NCBI GenBank assembly: GCA_905178155.1
Contig: CAJINV010000020.1
Span: 1,116,001 to 1,180,000, forward strand
Source of the DNA: Amoebophrya sp. A120
Lineage: Eukaryota; Protista; Dinoflagellata
Direction: 5' to 3'
Length of the DNA: 64,000 bases
This document shows positions 1-12,800 of the stretch, one piece after another. Every line of letters begins with the position of its first letter. The first letter of the stretch is position 1. The notes below the pieces were generated by a model. That model ran no database searches and was not told the DNA's origin. It saw only the letters and a list, made by a program, of their open reading frames with translations. The translations under genes and the position numbers were made by a program.

Positions 1-2675
1 GCACTACCACTTGTTCCGCGAATGCGATTGCAAGTTCGTGTGGATGCTCCTCGTCCTCGACGTCGCTTGCCTCGCTTGGGGGCGAACCCGGGGGAGCCTG
101 CGGTACACCATGGTGGAAATGGCCACGCTGGTGAATCACTTTCACCGCACCCGCACCTGCGACCAAAAAGGGTCTCCGATGCGGCCCACGACCCCCGGCC
201 AGCGCGGACAGAAATACTAGGTGCTGCATCAGTAGCCACACGTAGCACGTCGGCTTGATTTTTCTTCGGACGGTGGTACTTGAGGGAAAGTAGAGCGCCC
301 GTGGAGATTCAGGCTTCATTTTCTTCCGCAAACTCCTAAAACCTAATCAGCTAGTAGCACGACGTGCGTCGAAGTCAAGTTGCCAAAATTGTGAAAGGTG
401 CGGGACAAGAGGAAAATCCTGCTCAGCTCCGTCTCCGTGCGAAAAAAATATAAAGCGTATTGATATAGTTCGGTAGATAGTGGAGTTGATGGTCGCTAAA
501 ATTTTATTGGTTGCCGTCAAAAAGCGACGGGTTTTTGATACACGTAGAGGTAGATGGCTTCAGCTTCATTAAGTCGTGGTCGTGAAAGTCGTGCTCCAAT
601 CGTGTTTCTTGCGTTCGCTTTTCATCGAAGTGGAGTTGAGATTGTTTGGCCATAAGGACGATGAGCATCGTGGTGTTGAAAGCAATAGAAAGGGAGTGAC
701 GCGCCGGCTCCTTCTTCTCTTTCGCTTATTTTTTCACCACGCTTAATATCATATCTGCTTGATGTCGTAGTGGTACGTGGCCTGTCTGCGGTCTTTATCT
801 TTTTGGTGTCGTGTAGGTCGCTTTGGACGGACGGCGTCGCTTTGGACGGCTCGCGTTTCGTGTCGTACCACTTTTGACGTTGTAGAAGCCCCGATTGATG
901 ACCGTTCTCCTCGTCGCCCCGTTGTCTACGTCTAAGTTCAATAATTTGGATTCCTTTTCCTGGGTCGGGTGCTAGTTGTTGTAGCGCTTTGATCTATATG
1001 CTGACACTACTAGTGGTATGCCACTATGTTGATGGCCCGCCTCGAAGTTTGCCTGCAGCTTTACGTAGAGCCTCAGCAGCAGTTGTAGCGCTAGGGCTAC
1101 GGCTAGCGCGTGTGAGTAATAATTCAGTTTACAACAGCACTCTATGTTGACTTTGTTTATCTGCACGGTCAACAACAGCAACGGCTACTCCTCACCCCAT
1201 CGGCAAGCGAGTGAGATAGTACTGAAATTCTTTTATCGACGCTTTTTTTCTGGTTCTACGCTATACAACTTTGTTTAAGTCATCTAGTTCGAAAGAGTCG
1301 TAAGTTGTCACCGTGAAGTAGATCGCTTCAGATGTAAATCATGACGATTGAAGAAAATAGAAGTCCTTGTACTTGTTTCACCGATCGAGAGGAGATCTTG
1401 AGAAGTTTTGGACTGATGTTGATGGATCGACAACTCAATGATTGGATGAAGTTGTAAAAAAGTAGGCATGTTGCGGTTGGTGCAACGCTCCCACACTTTT
1501 TCCGTTCCCATACAGCAGCTGTGGGAGCCGGATGCACATACAACCAGGAGCAAAACATGAAGAAGAAAATAGCGGTCGAGTAGACAGATCTTTGGAAGCC
1601 TTCTTTGTACAACAACCATTTCAGGCATTGTACCGGGCTGGTAATAACTAATATGAGACCGTGGTCGTCCTTATGCTCATCAACATCCTTCTTGTATGTA
1701 AGTACTTAAACAACCACCACCAACGGATCTTCAGGACTCTTATCGGAGCTGTCATCTTCAACAAGGCACGGCATCAATCTGCGGGTCCGTCAAGATCACA
1801 TGAATTGATGTCGGAAGCAAGCCGATTCCCATTCCTAAGATCTCCATCACGACGGCCAATAATATAGCACCTTCAACAACTGAACAGGATCGTAATTGTT
1901 GGCGCATTGAAATTGCAGGTGATTGCAGACTAAGACTTCTACTTATTGCATTGATTCATGCCCACTAGCATAGATCTTGAGCTGTGTATGTTGATCCACC
2001 TACCACTTGCAATTATTGATTCGGAGAAACGAAAGCCGAACTCGAATCCAATTCCAAGACATGACAGCTGGATCTGCTCCTTATCGAAACATTAACGCTG
2101 GAAGTTTTCGTTTCTCCTTTCTCCTGGCCCACTCAGAGAGCTGGCGTTTTTTTTTTCCATTTCAACTTCCTTTTTCAGAAACAGCAGCAGGTTGCATTCT
2201 ATTCATATTGTTAGCGTCTTGTATACGCTATATTTTTTTTTTAATATGGCACTTTTGTATTCTACAGCGTCTTCATCTCCTTCATCACACAGTTCGTTCA
2301 AATATATACCGCGTTTGGTTTTTCCTTTTCGATCAGCGCACTGTCGCTGATTCTACAGCGAGAAAAGCAATGGTATTTCCGTTTGCTTCTTGTGCTTTCC
2401 AATAGAGTCCGACCCGTCTTTATGTATGAAATGAAACATCACTCCTGTCACTGATCACTACGACGTGACTGTGCTAGTCCGCTCCATTTTTTTCGTCCCC
2501 GGACGACGACAGCCCGTGTTATTTGACATTTTTCCCCGACATGAAGCATTAGGGTGGCCAGGCTGGTTTGATGTTGGACCGTCATTTTCGTTTGTCGGAG
2601 TCGGCTAGGGCTACTTTTGCGCCGCGTACTAGTAAAGGTAGACATGGACGAGCAGGTCAAGAGCGTCAACACTTG

Positions 2676-5044
2676 CTACTTACTCACCAGAGTTCTTGCG
2701 AACAAGAAGAAAAGCAACGACCCGAGGGAGCTTCCGAATTGCAGCACGCGCCCCGCTTGGCTTAAAGCCGGCTTCGCGTCGCCACATGTTGACGCAGCTC
2801 CGAGCGTAGCCATGGTCATGGTCTTTCCAAAGGGCAAAATCGTGATCCCAGAGATGACGAAAAGTACGAAGAGACCACGCGGGAAATCATGGGGGTGGTC
2901 GTCCTGAAGAAAGAGGAAGTTGTAGTTTTCGAGTGTTGAAGCTGTACTAGTAGCAGCGAAACTTTCATCATTGTCATTCCCTCTGTACGTTTGTCGGTGT
3001 CGTGATCGTGAATGTGAATCTTCATCAAAGAGCGCATGTTTGCTGTCATAATTTTCTGGTGTTCGTCCCCATACGACAGTAGGATCAACAACCACTTTCT
3101 CCTCACGACTCGACGGCGTTTGCAATGCTTGATCAGTTGCAACAAGAGGGTCACTGGTGCTGTCTCGCTGATGATCTTTTCTCCCAATGTTGTGCTGCAT
3201 CGGTTCTGCTTCATCGCGGTCTCGGCTTACCGTTATCTCGGTTCTTCTTCTTGTCGCCGTGGTAAAGCGCGTGCTGAAGACATCGTTTGGCTGAATTACA
3301 CGTCCGTCGTCGCTCGTAAACGAGGACCACCTCTGTGATGCTTCAGTTTCTCTGCTCTCGTCTCCGTCTGCCCCGCCCCGAACCGCTAACGCCAAGACAA
3401 ACCCCCCGACTAACAGCCAGTACAGTGTCGCGAGTATCCGCACACTGCGCCGCGCGTAGCACCAGTAGGCCGCGGCAACGGCGAAGGGAGTGAGCCAGCC
3501 GGAAACATTGGTGATGAGAAAATAGAGGTAGTTTGTCTCGCCGGCATCGCCCTTCGTCACAACGCGGCACGCAAAAACGGTGAGAGACAGAAAAAGGCCG
3601 TTCTGAAAAGCGCCCGCGAGAAATAGGGATACGAGCGACAGTACATTTTGGCTCGTCCTGGAGGGTGGTGGGACGTCGACCATCGCGGTTTCCTGCTGCT
3701 GAAGTTCCGCGGTCTCGAAGTGGTCTTCTACTCGGTGTGGTTGCAGCGGCAAGGGTGATGCTGCTGAGCGTGGTTGTTGTGCTGTCTCTCCACCGTGCTG
3801 CGGGTAGAGATTCTTCATCGCTTCTTGTGATTCAGTGAGGCTTGAACTCCTGCTGGGTTCTCGTCCTGTATTCAACTGATCACACGTCACCTCATCGTCT
3901 TCAGATCTAATCACCGCTGCACCCGCGGCACCGGCAACATCTACACTACGCTCCGCAGCAAGTACTATGGCCTCCACCCGCCGCCTGCAGTGATGCACCA
4001 AGTAAACAACCACCGGAAGAAACACAACTGCATACAAAACAGCGAACAGCCCAAAGTACACGGCTGGCGACCAGTCGAAATATCGCTGCAGACTGACAAA
4101 CACCGCGATAAAACCCACGGAACTCGTCGCACCCCCTGAGAGACACACGACGCCCGTCGGGACGTCCACCGGATCCAAGCAGTGCGCCACAAAAGGCCAG
4201 TAGGACAGGTTCGTCAGGCACGCGAAACAGGCGAGCAGCGTGTAGCAAAGGTAAAACAGGATATTGAAGTAGGAGAGTGAAGTAGATGAAGTGGTGGTAG
4301 GTGTTGTTGATGTTGAAAAGAATTGTAGATTTTCCACAGGTGGAACCGGTGGTACTTGTGGAACAACTTGTTCAACTGCCCCGTAGCTCGTACTTCCTTG
4401 CAGTTCCCCGACGCTTATCATCTCCTCGCCGTTGTACAGGTAGCCCCAGGAAGAGGCCAAAAGACCGAGAGCAATCACGTCACCGACGACAACCGTGAGG
4501 ATGGTCCCGGAAAGCACTGGCAAACTCTGCGCATGCTCCACATTGCGGAACAGGAAAGTGTGTCTGGAGTTATGAATAAGGAGGCAGTTTTACCAGCAGG
4601 AGCTGGCTGACGTGTCGTGCATTCGTTCAGTTGGTTCTCTCGTGCACGTCGACAACAAAGTCGTACTACTAGTCGTGCTATTATTATTGGAAATATTTCT
4701 TCATACATCATACCACTAAGAGAGAGCATTCAAGAATGGTAAACGCATTTTCACGAGGCACATGCAAAAAAAAAAAAACGAGAATTGTATCTATACATTA
4801 GCACTGCAACCAGGCCAGTCTGTGCGGCGAGAGACAGGTTACTTGGCAGCTGGTATCCGTCCGGCAGCAGGGGAATGAGCTTCCACGCGTCACTGAAGAC
4901 GCACTGCACTGGCATCCACGCAGAGGCGCCGAGAAGTGCGAGAAGGGTGTACAAAACGGGTTTCGGGCTTGTTGGTCGTGGATGTTGTTGTGAGGTAGAA
5001 GGCGGTCGCCCCCGTCGGAATTCATTCCCGCCGTCTGCATCCAT
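2676..5044 (-). CDS. SLC52/riboflavin-transporter-like multi-pass membrane protein (spliced; 3' end uncertain)
   Basis: N-terminus LLALLGASAWMPVQ...LPDGYQLPSNLSLAAQ and later GATSSVGF resemble SLC52 motifs. A canonical GT-AG intron at 4564-4796 joins ORF 4751-5044 to ORF 2676-4541 in frame. A GTGAGT donor near 2685 suggests one more exon. Confidence 0.65.
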
Positions 5045-5841
5045 GGTAGTCGTTTTGTTTCAGCCGCAGCACAGATTGTTGTTTTTGACGAAATATTTAT
5101 AATTATAATAATAATTATAAGAATAAGATACTAGCAGCTCTTAGGGTTCTATGGTCAACATATCTTCCGTTTCTGAGAATTCAGCTGTACTACTTCTAAT
5201 CGAAACCATAACCAACTCAACACATCATCTTCACATACTATAGTCGTGAAACCAACTGCAGCTATGTCATCTCACCGACACATCACTCAGCAAGAGGTGT
5301 TGCAGAGCAAGCCGAAGATAAAGAACACCACATGTAGTTCGCATCCCTGTTCCTGTGAAGGTCAAACTGAAGCTCATTACGCTGCTCGCGATGCTCATGG
5401 AGTTGTGCATCCATTGCCTAGCATTCACATGGCCTGCGAAGCGAAAGGGCAGCACGAGTCGCAGCCTTGTCAGTGGAAAAAAAGTACGTAGACCACGCAT
5501 CGTACAACTCAAACCCAGACGTGATGGTGCATGCGAAAAAAATCCATGTTGAAGATGCTCCTTTCGTGGCCCCTTGAATTGTCTCTCTTTCTTTGAAGTC
5601 ATGCTTCGCTTCCACGACCACAGCTGTTCTCTTTTTCTGCTTTTCCCCTCCCTATCGTAATTCACCTCTGCTGGTGCAAGAACGTAGGATGAACGTCATG
5701 TTCATAATCACCACGAACTCGTCCTACCTCCTTGCGCTTGCGCCCGTTCGGGGCCCTCGGAATCGGGATCTCGTCCCATTTACTGTCTGAAGTTGTAGAC
5801 CTGGTTATTTTCGTCCCTGCGGCTGCGCGTTACTGCATCCA

Positions 5842-7673
5842 CTACCGGTTCAGACTTTCCATATGTTGCGAAACCCGGGCGGCGTCCGTGGAGACGGCCT
5901 GCGCGAGTAAGGCCGCTTGGTCGCGACTGCGTTGCACGTCCGCCTGCAGGTGCGCGGGCGGTTTCACGGTGATGGGCTGGGCAATGGGCTGTCCCACTTG
6001 GGAGTGAAGCCGCTGCTTGTAGGCGACCAAGTCTATCCCGGAGAAAAAAAGTAGCATATCCCACATCGAACTGATCATCCCAAACAGTTCTACTTCAATC
6101 AGAAGAACTATTAATGGACCGGCCTAGGAGTACTAGGAGAGCAAATCAATTTGATGATGAATTTTGCTTATTCATCGTAAACACCTTGTGTGTTTTTTTG
6201 CATGACAACAGTAAATGTGATATGCTAGCATTTTTCTCTAGGATAAAGTCTGGGAAGAAGGACATGCTGACGTGCTCCGCTATCGAAAGAAAAAACTGCT
6301 ACACTGTAAATTTGCGACGCGACAGGGGACCCAACGCAGATAAAGAAGTGTGTCTTGCTACACGTTTGAGAAGCCAGGGCAGAAGTCTGAGGCATGCGCA
6401 TGCAGATTTTTATCCTTAGCGGGGTCGTGGACCTCGCATGGCAAACTTTCTTTGTCACGTAGTACAAAGACAAAATTGATGTGATGCCAAAGCTTGCATT
6501 TGCAAATTTCGTACAGAGTGAAGCACAACATTTTTCGTCCGATATCCGCGGCGCTCCAGATGATGAATATGATGTAGAGAAAAATGCCCAGGTTGATCAG
6601 CATCCAGAATACCGCGAACGCATCCGTGAATCCGCACACCATGCTGCTACCCATGCGCTGCAGGTCCTGGTGGTGTTACGTTGACACAACAACTTTTCTT
6701 GATGTGCGTAACTGTTAGACTACTACTGCTCGAAAAACATCATGTTGGCGATAGTTCTTGTGCTAGCCCTGAACTACATCATCAAGAAACGAGCTCATCC
6801 TGGTGGCAACAGCAGGAGGAGCTCACCAAGAACTTGCTCTACACTAGACTACGATCATCTCCACCTACAACATCAACTAGCAATCATTTCCTATACCACA
6901 GAGACCGCGGCCGAGCACACATCCCCGGTGAAGAGCATCATGACAAAGTAGAAAGCGGTGAACGCCGTCTGCGCAATGAGGTAGTAGAGATAGAGGCGTA
7001 GCTATCACAAGAGAAAAGTGTTACAGTTACACATGCGTTGGAGTTTCTGCATCACAGATTTTCTCTGTGTGGCAGAGAAGACTTGTTATGCAAGGATCAT
7101 AAAGGACAAAATACGTAGGAAACGGAGCTCGCAAGTATTTCCTGCATGACAAAGGTTGTCTCTCTTGCGGCTCCTGCAACACAATGTGTAACTGTAACAC
7201 TTTTTTGTTGCGATAGTAGCTGGGATTCCACTCGATAGACCGCACCGATACCCGCGGCGATGATGATTGGTAGTGCGATCAGACACCATGCGCCGTAGAG
7301 AACCTGCGATGGTGCAATGTTCGATGTACTTCTAAAGGAGTTGCGAGTCAACTCAATTGCTTCGTGTCTTCAATTTCCTTGTTTCGTGCCATTTCTACTT
7401 TTTCTTTCTCACGAAGATTTACAGACACAGAGCTTACTGCTACTCGTCGGTCAGTGTATGCAGCAACATCATCATATTCGTCATGATCAACATGATCATC
7501 TTCATATCGCAGACCTGTGTAATGGGCGGTATTTTCACTCCTCCGATGCTAATCACCTCGGTGCTGCTGATGAGGCATACCACCGTTATAGCGGCGACCA
7601 GGTGTAAAAGACAAATAATTTCCACGCCGAACAGCAGCGTGAAAAAACCGCAACAGTTGTTGGCAGGCTTCAT
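5842..7673 (-). CDS. Small 4-TM membrane protein, spliced (2 canonical introns + 3 introners)
   Basis: MKPANNCCGFFTLLFGVEII... continues in frame after removing GT-AG intron 7304-7514, a second canonical intron (~6667-6900) and the elements at 7003, 6281 and 6034; ends ...MESLNR*. Confidence 0.75.
6034..6245. mobile_element. Introner (singleton TIR)
   Basis: TATCCCGGAGAAAAAAAGTAGCATATC / inverted end; 5-bp direct repeat (DR) AAGTC. Confidence 0.85.
6281..6544. mobile_element. Introner (G-like TIR)
   Basis: TAT...ATA imperfect TIR; DR TCCGC. Confidence 0.85.
7003..7215. mobile_element. Introner family B
   Basis: TIR core AAAAGTGTTACAGTTACAC; DR GTAGC. Confidence 0.9.
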
Positions 7674-9834
7674 TGTCGCTGATGTTCTTGACGAGGGAGT
7701 AGTACTCCGGACGTCAGCACTTCCTTCGGGGAGTCGGTGTCGGCCACACGTGTACTTATCCCGCTTCACATACGTGATTCGTCTCCGAGCTGTTCAAGCA
7801 ATGTGTCGTGGAGGAAAGAACGGCGTCAGCAGCTGCACCCTGGTGTCACAAGCATGATCACGACTCCTAGTCGTCCTCGATAGACAGATTCTACTTGTTC
7901 CCCCGTAGCGCCTACCTAGTTACGTAAATCATGCCCCAACCAATGAAGTTGTCACTCAGACTCATTATACGTATACCACTTCGTTTTCTACTCTTCCTGT
8001 CAATTGGCGGGAACAGCTGCTGTCAATGATATGCAGAGAAACTTCTAGAGCTCGCTCTCGTCATGGAGCCAACTCGGAAGATGAAACATTCTGTGCTGTT
8101 GCTGGTCACTCAGCATTTTTACCCTTGTCACACTTCCCTCCATGTTGTACCGTACGCAGCTGGCTCTTCTTGAGCAGAAAAGCAGCAACCATCAGCAAGC
8201 GAGGATCGCACGGACATAAACGCACAACCGCAACACACATGGGTTTACGGCAGACACCGTGACAGGTCAGGGCACTTTTATTACCCTGCCCATTCACAAG
8301 TTTTTCTTTGTTTCTTATTTTTTTCATTTTTTGGAATTGGAGAGTGAAACGGTTGCAAACAGAGGTCTTCGTCCCAGCGCTAGCTTTATCGCGCTTGCCT
8401 AGCTCTTCTCCGCGAGAAGTCAACTCCTACTAGGTCAAAACGGTACTAGTGAGGGACGCAAAGGCAGGGATGGCGTCAACGACGTTACGTATTATCTGAC
8501 AACTTTTCATTCTTTTGTGGTGGATACTTATACAGCTGATACCCTTAGTCTTCGTGCGGCCTGTCGTAGTTGCCTCTGAAATTAGGGTCATTTTCTAGAA
8601 GAATATCAGCGACCCTACGCTTCTGCTGCTTCCCCTTCGCTGACACTACCTCTACTTTGTTTGTTTTTCTCGGTTTTTTCTTTAATTTCAATTGAGCCAC
8701 TGCTTCAGATTTTCTTGTTCATTTTTTCGATAGAAACGATCGATAGCACAGAGCATAGAGAAACTACTCACATCATCGCAAAAATCGGGTGGCACGGCGC
8801 AGGAGTGCGATTTTATTTCTGCGATTGATAGATTGGTGCGATGCGTAGATAGTTTCTGTTCCTGTGGTGCGAGTACTTTGAAATAAATTTTTCGGGCTAC
8901 GAACATAGAAGGATGTAGTTGCTATAGCAGGTGCAGAGTATCATAATTTCTTTTTACATTATTTTGGTTTTGCTTCCACTTTGTTTTGGTGCAAGGCCGT
9001 CCTGCAATTTTGTTCATAATCATATTAATTTACTCAACGGTAATTACAACAATCAAACTCTTTAGGATAACGATAAGGTGGCGATAGGTAGGAATAATAG
9101 CGTCCGAGTTCTTTCAACCCGGCGTCTCTGCATCTGTAACTGTAAACATTCGAAACAAATAGAAAGAATACTGTGGTCCGAGGAACGGACCCTGTCAAGA
9201 AGGTGCTGATCTGCTAAAATTCAATTTCAAACTGAAACTTGCGCGTTGATTGCATCTCTGCTGCGAAAGAGGTTTTATATTGAGAATTTCAACTTGCCTG
9301 TCGTGTAAACTAACAAGTGAACAACAAAACTTAATTTTCAACATGTGAACTGTAAACCACAAAAAAAATCTATTCTCGGTGGAAATTATTATTATCCATT
9401 CTGCTTTCGACGATATAATTTTCTTTTCCTATTGCTATTTCTTCGCTTCGAAACGAAGAGGACATTTTTCATTCTGCTCAACAGTGCCAGCTAGATTTTT
9501 AGTTGTATTCTTCGAAATTGAATTGCAAACGTATCTTTTCAAGTGTGACTGAATCCCTGTTGATTGAAATTGAAACATAGTGGTAACGTCGACTGGTTGC
9601 GGCCACGACTGCAGCTTCAGTGCGTTCACGACCACAATCAACTTAGGTTTTTTTATTGAAGATATTTATTAATTATCATCGGCGATGTAAACAAACACCC
9701 ACGCCCACCATATTGCATTCTAATTTTCGTGAGCCCATCTCTACTAGGCCACTGAAGATTTATTTTGCTCGGGTTCTGAGGCGCCCCGTCCTGATGTAAG
9801 TAACTTCATCTTCGATCACAACATTTTTTGTTAT

Positions 9835-12800
9835 TTACGAGGACACGGAGTACTTGCCCATCTTGTGGATGAAGTACCACGCCAACCCGCGCCACACGAG
9901 CAACGACAACGCGAGCCCGCACACTTCGTTGAAGCCGACCGTTTCCAGCGTGCCGCCCGGAGCCTCCGCCATGATCAGCGCCTCCAATTCCTCGGTCACT
10001 TCACCCACGGAAGACTACGTATCCACAGCAAGTTTCCCCCACACAAAGTTGCGAACAAATGAGGTTTCTGCATGACAAGCCTTGCTTTCCATGTACTACT
10101 TAGCATGACAGATGTCAGCTGCACTTATTTCTAAGTCGGCAAATAAATTTGTGGTCCATTTTGTGCGTGTAGGAATATGTGTGGTACGGGAAATTTGTAT
10201 TGCATAATGCACCTGCAGAGAGCACTTGGCGGTATCCGGATCGTTCCAGAAGAGATCCTTGATCTTCGCTTCGGCCCAGGTATGCAAGAAAAAAACTGCG
10301 TAAGTGTAAATCTGTGATGCAGAAACAGCAACAGTAGAGTAACACTTGTCATGCCAGACAGCCATGAAGTTTCTTTTCGTATGCGTTTTCTTTTGACGTC
10401 CCAGCCATGCATGACAGACTTTTTCTGTCATCCATGCATAGCAAATTTATCTTTTTCATGCTGTCACCCAAAGAAAGTTCTGACACTATAAACACAATTA
10501 TTTTCTTGCATACCAGGCGTGGTTTGTGTAGTTGCTGGTCGCATTCGCGTCCGTGTAGTTATCCAGTGCACCCTATGAAATGTAAAAATGTCTGGGTCTG
10601 GAAACTTGTGATGCTGGTTGGCGTATCATGAGGCGGCCACAAGTGCTGGCTCAGCATGACAAGTTTCTGAGCTTCGAGGTGTTGCCTATTCTGCATGACA
10701 AACTGCGTTTCTGCATGAGAAAAAAACGGGGCTCTTGGGTAACGTGCATGACAGACTTTGGGGTCATGCTGGCAGAGCATGACAGACCTTCCATTCTTCC
10801 AGACCCAGACATTTTTACAATCCATACACCCCCGGCGGTCGTCATGTTGGCCGCCGTACTTGCGTCCAAGCTGCTCAGCGAGGGTGATGTCTCGCTAGTA
10901 GCCTCCTGGCCAACATCTTCTTCAGATACGCTGGCATTCGACGACAGAAGAAAACTGCTCCACGAGGAGGTACTACTACTACTACCCGTCGCCCCGGAGA
11001 TGGTTGGGACAGCGGTAAAGTCCCAGGTGTGGGGCGTATTGGAGGGGGCCGCCGGTGAAGAGGAACTACCACCAGCCGGACCACCAACATCTCCCGGAGC
11101 AGCTGCACCGGGCTGGAACGCGGCAGGAGCTGGTGCACCAGGACTTCCTCCGCCGAACACGGAGGGCACTTGGTGGTCGGGCGACCAGGACGAGGCACCG
11201 GGCTTCGCAAAGGGCGCAGCACCAGCGAAAGCCTGCTGGACGCCATTGGCCAGCGTCGAGGCGTGGAAAGTAGAAAAGTCGCCTTGTGGTTGTTGTGTAG
11301 TTGCCGCCGTGCTGTCTGCACCAGGGGTAGCAACTGCTTGTTGTGCTGGCAGAGCAGGAACTCTTGTTTCCCCTGGAGCGGCTCCCTGTTCCCCCCGCTG
11401 CGCCTCCTGGACGAGGTCGGTTCGGTTGCTTGGGTCAACAAGTGGAAGTGAGCCTCCGCTGCCTGCATCATGTTGTAGGCGCGGAACGGAGTCGATGTCC
11501 TTCATACTCTCATTCAGCCCGCCCTGGAGCCTTTCTTGCCCGTCCTTCTCCACATCGTAGTCCTCGTCATCCACGACATAGGGACTTTCAGTAGTGGAGG
11601 TAGTGTATGCATTGCAAAAGTAAATAAAGCATCGTAAATGTATGAATCGCATGACAAATTTTGTCAAGGGAAAAGGGGAACTCGTCATGCGGATTCACGT
11701 AGAAAGGTGGAATTTGTCATGCGTGAATAGCATTTTAGTACGAGTACGATAAGTTAGTACTTTTGCACTGGATATGGTAATCGTGCACGTCGAGTTGGAG
11801 AAGTCGTGGACGCGCTCGCGCAGGCCGCGTATGCATTGCAAACGCATCGTACTAGTATAAGAATAAGACGCATGACAAATTTTCTCAGCATGAGAAATTA
11901 AATTTGTATATGCAGGTTTGCCTTCAGAAAGAGATTTGTGATGCATGATTGCAATTACTACGAGTACGGCACTTTTGCACAGGATACCGCGCAGCTGGTC
12001 GCGGTACACCGCAGTGAAGCAGTAGAAGTATCCGGAACTCTATGCAAGAAAAAACTGTGTAAGTTGTAATGCAAAGCCTGCAGCACAGTGCACACTTGTC
12101 GTGCTAACCAGCCACGACGAAGCCCTACTGTATATCAATGCGTTCTCACGTCGTACTAGCTGCGCATGACAGGCTCGCGCGCTTTCATGCGGCGCAAATT
12201 TGTCATGCTCTCATTCCAAGAGACGACCTACAGCTACACCAACACAGTTTTCTTCTCTCCATAAACTCCACTGAAAAGGCCGGTAGAACCAGGGAATGGG
12301 CATCGGCACGGTGCCGCTCATCATGATTTGCGTGATCAGCAGGGCCGCGGCGGCCGCGAATCCCAGCAGCGCGTTGCTGCTGACCAGGGCCACGACGAAG
12401 TAGAATTGGGAGCAGACCTGCAGCAACAGCAGGTACATGATGGCGCCCAGGTAGGGCAGATTACCGTAGTAGCCCTGCAGTAGGTACCCCACGCACACCT
12501 GGAAAATGACCCGGGGCACGAACAACATCGCCTCCATGCAGAATTTCGAGAAGCTGTAGGCGATGGACTGGTAGGTGTGGCCGCTGTACTATGACAGTGC
12601 ACAACTCGTCCCCCGCTCCCTCATTTTCATGGCATGAACAGCAGTAGAAACAGCAGCACATCACGTGGAGCCTGGTGTGCATGACAAGTTCATACCGTAG
12701 TTTAGGATTCCGGAAGTTGAATTTGTCATGCAAACCGTGCCACACGGCACCAATTGGGTTTGGGATTTTGCATTACAAATCATGAGGGGAGGGGGACGAG

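Noticed and set aside
1-2400. Possible gene or retroelement remnant; short duplication GTCGCTTTGGACGG at ~817 and ~836
   Set aside because: No ORF with a recognisable motif and no termini found.
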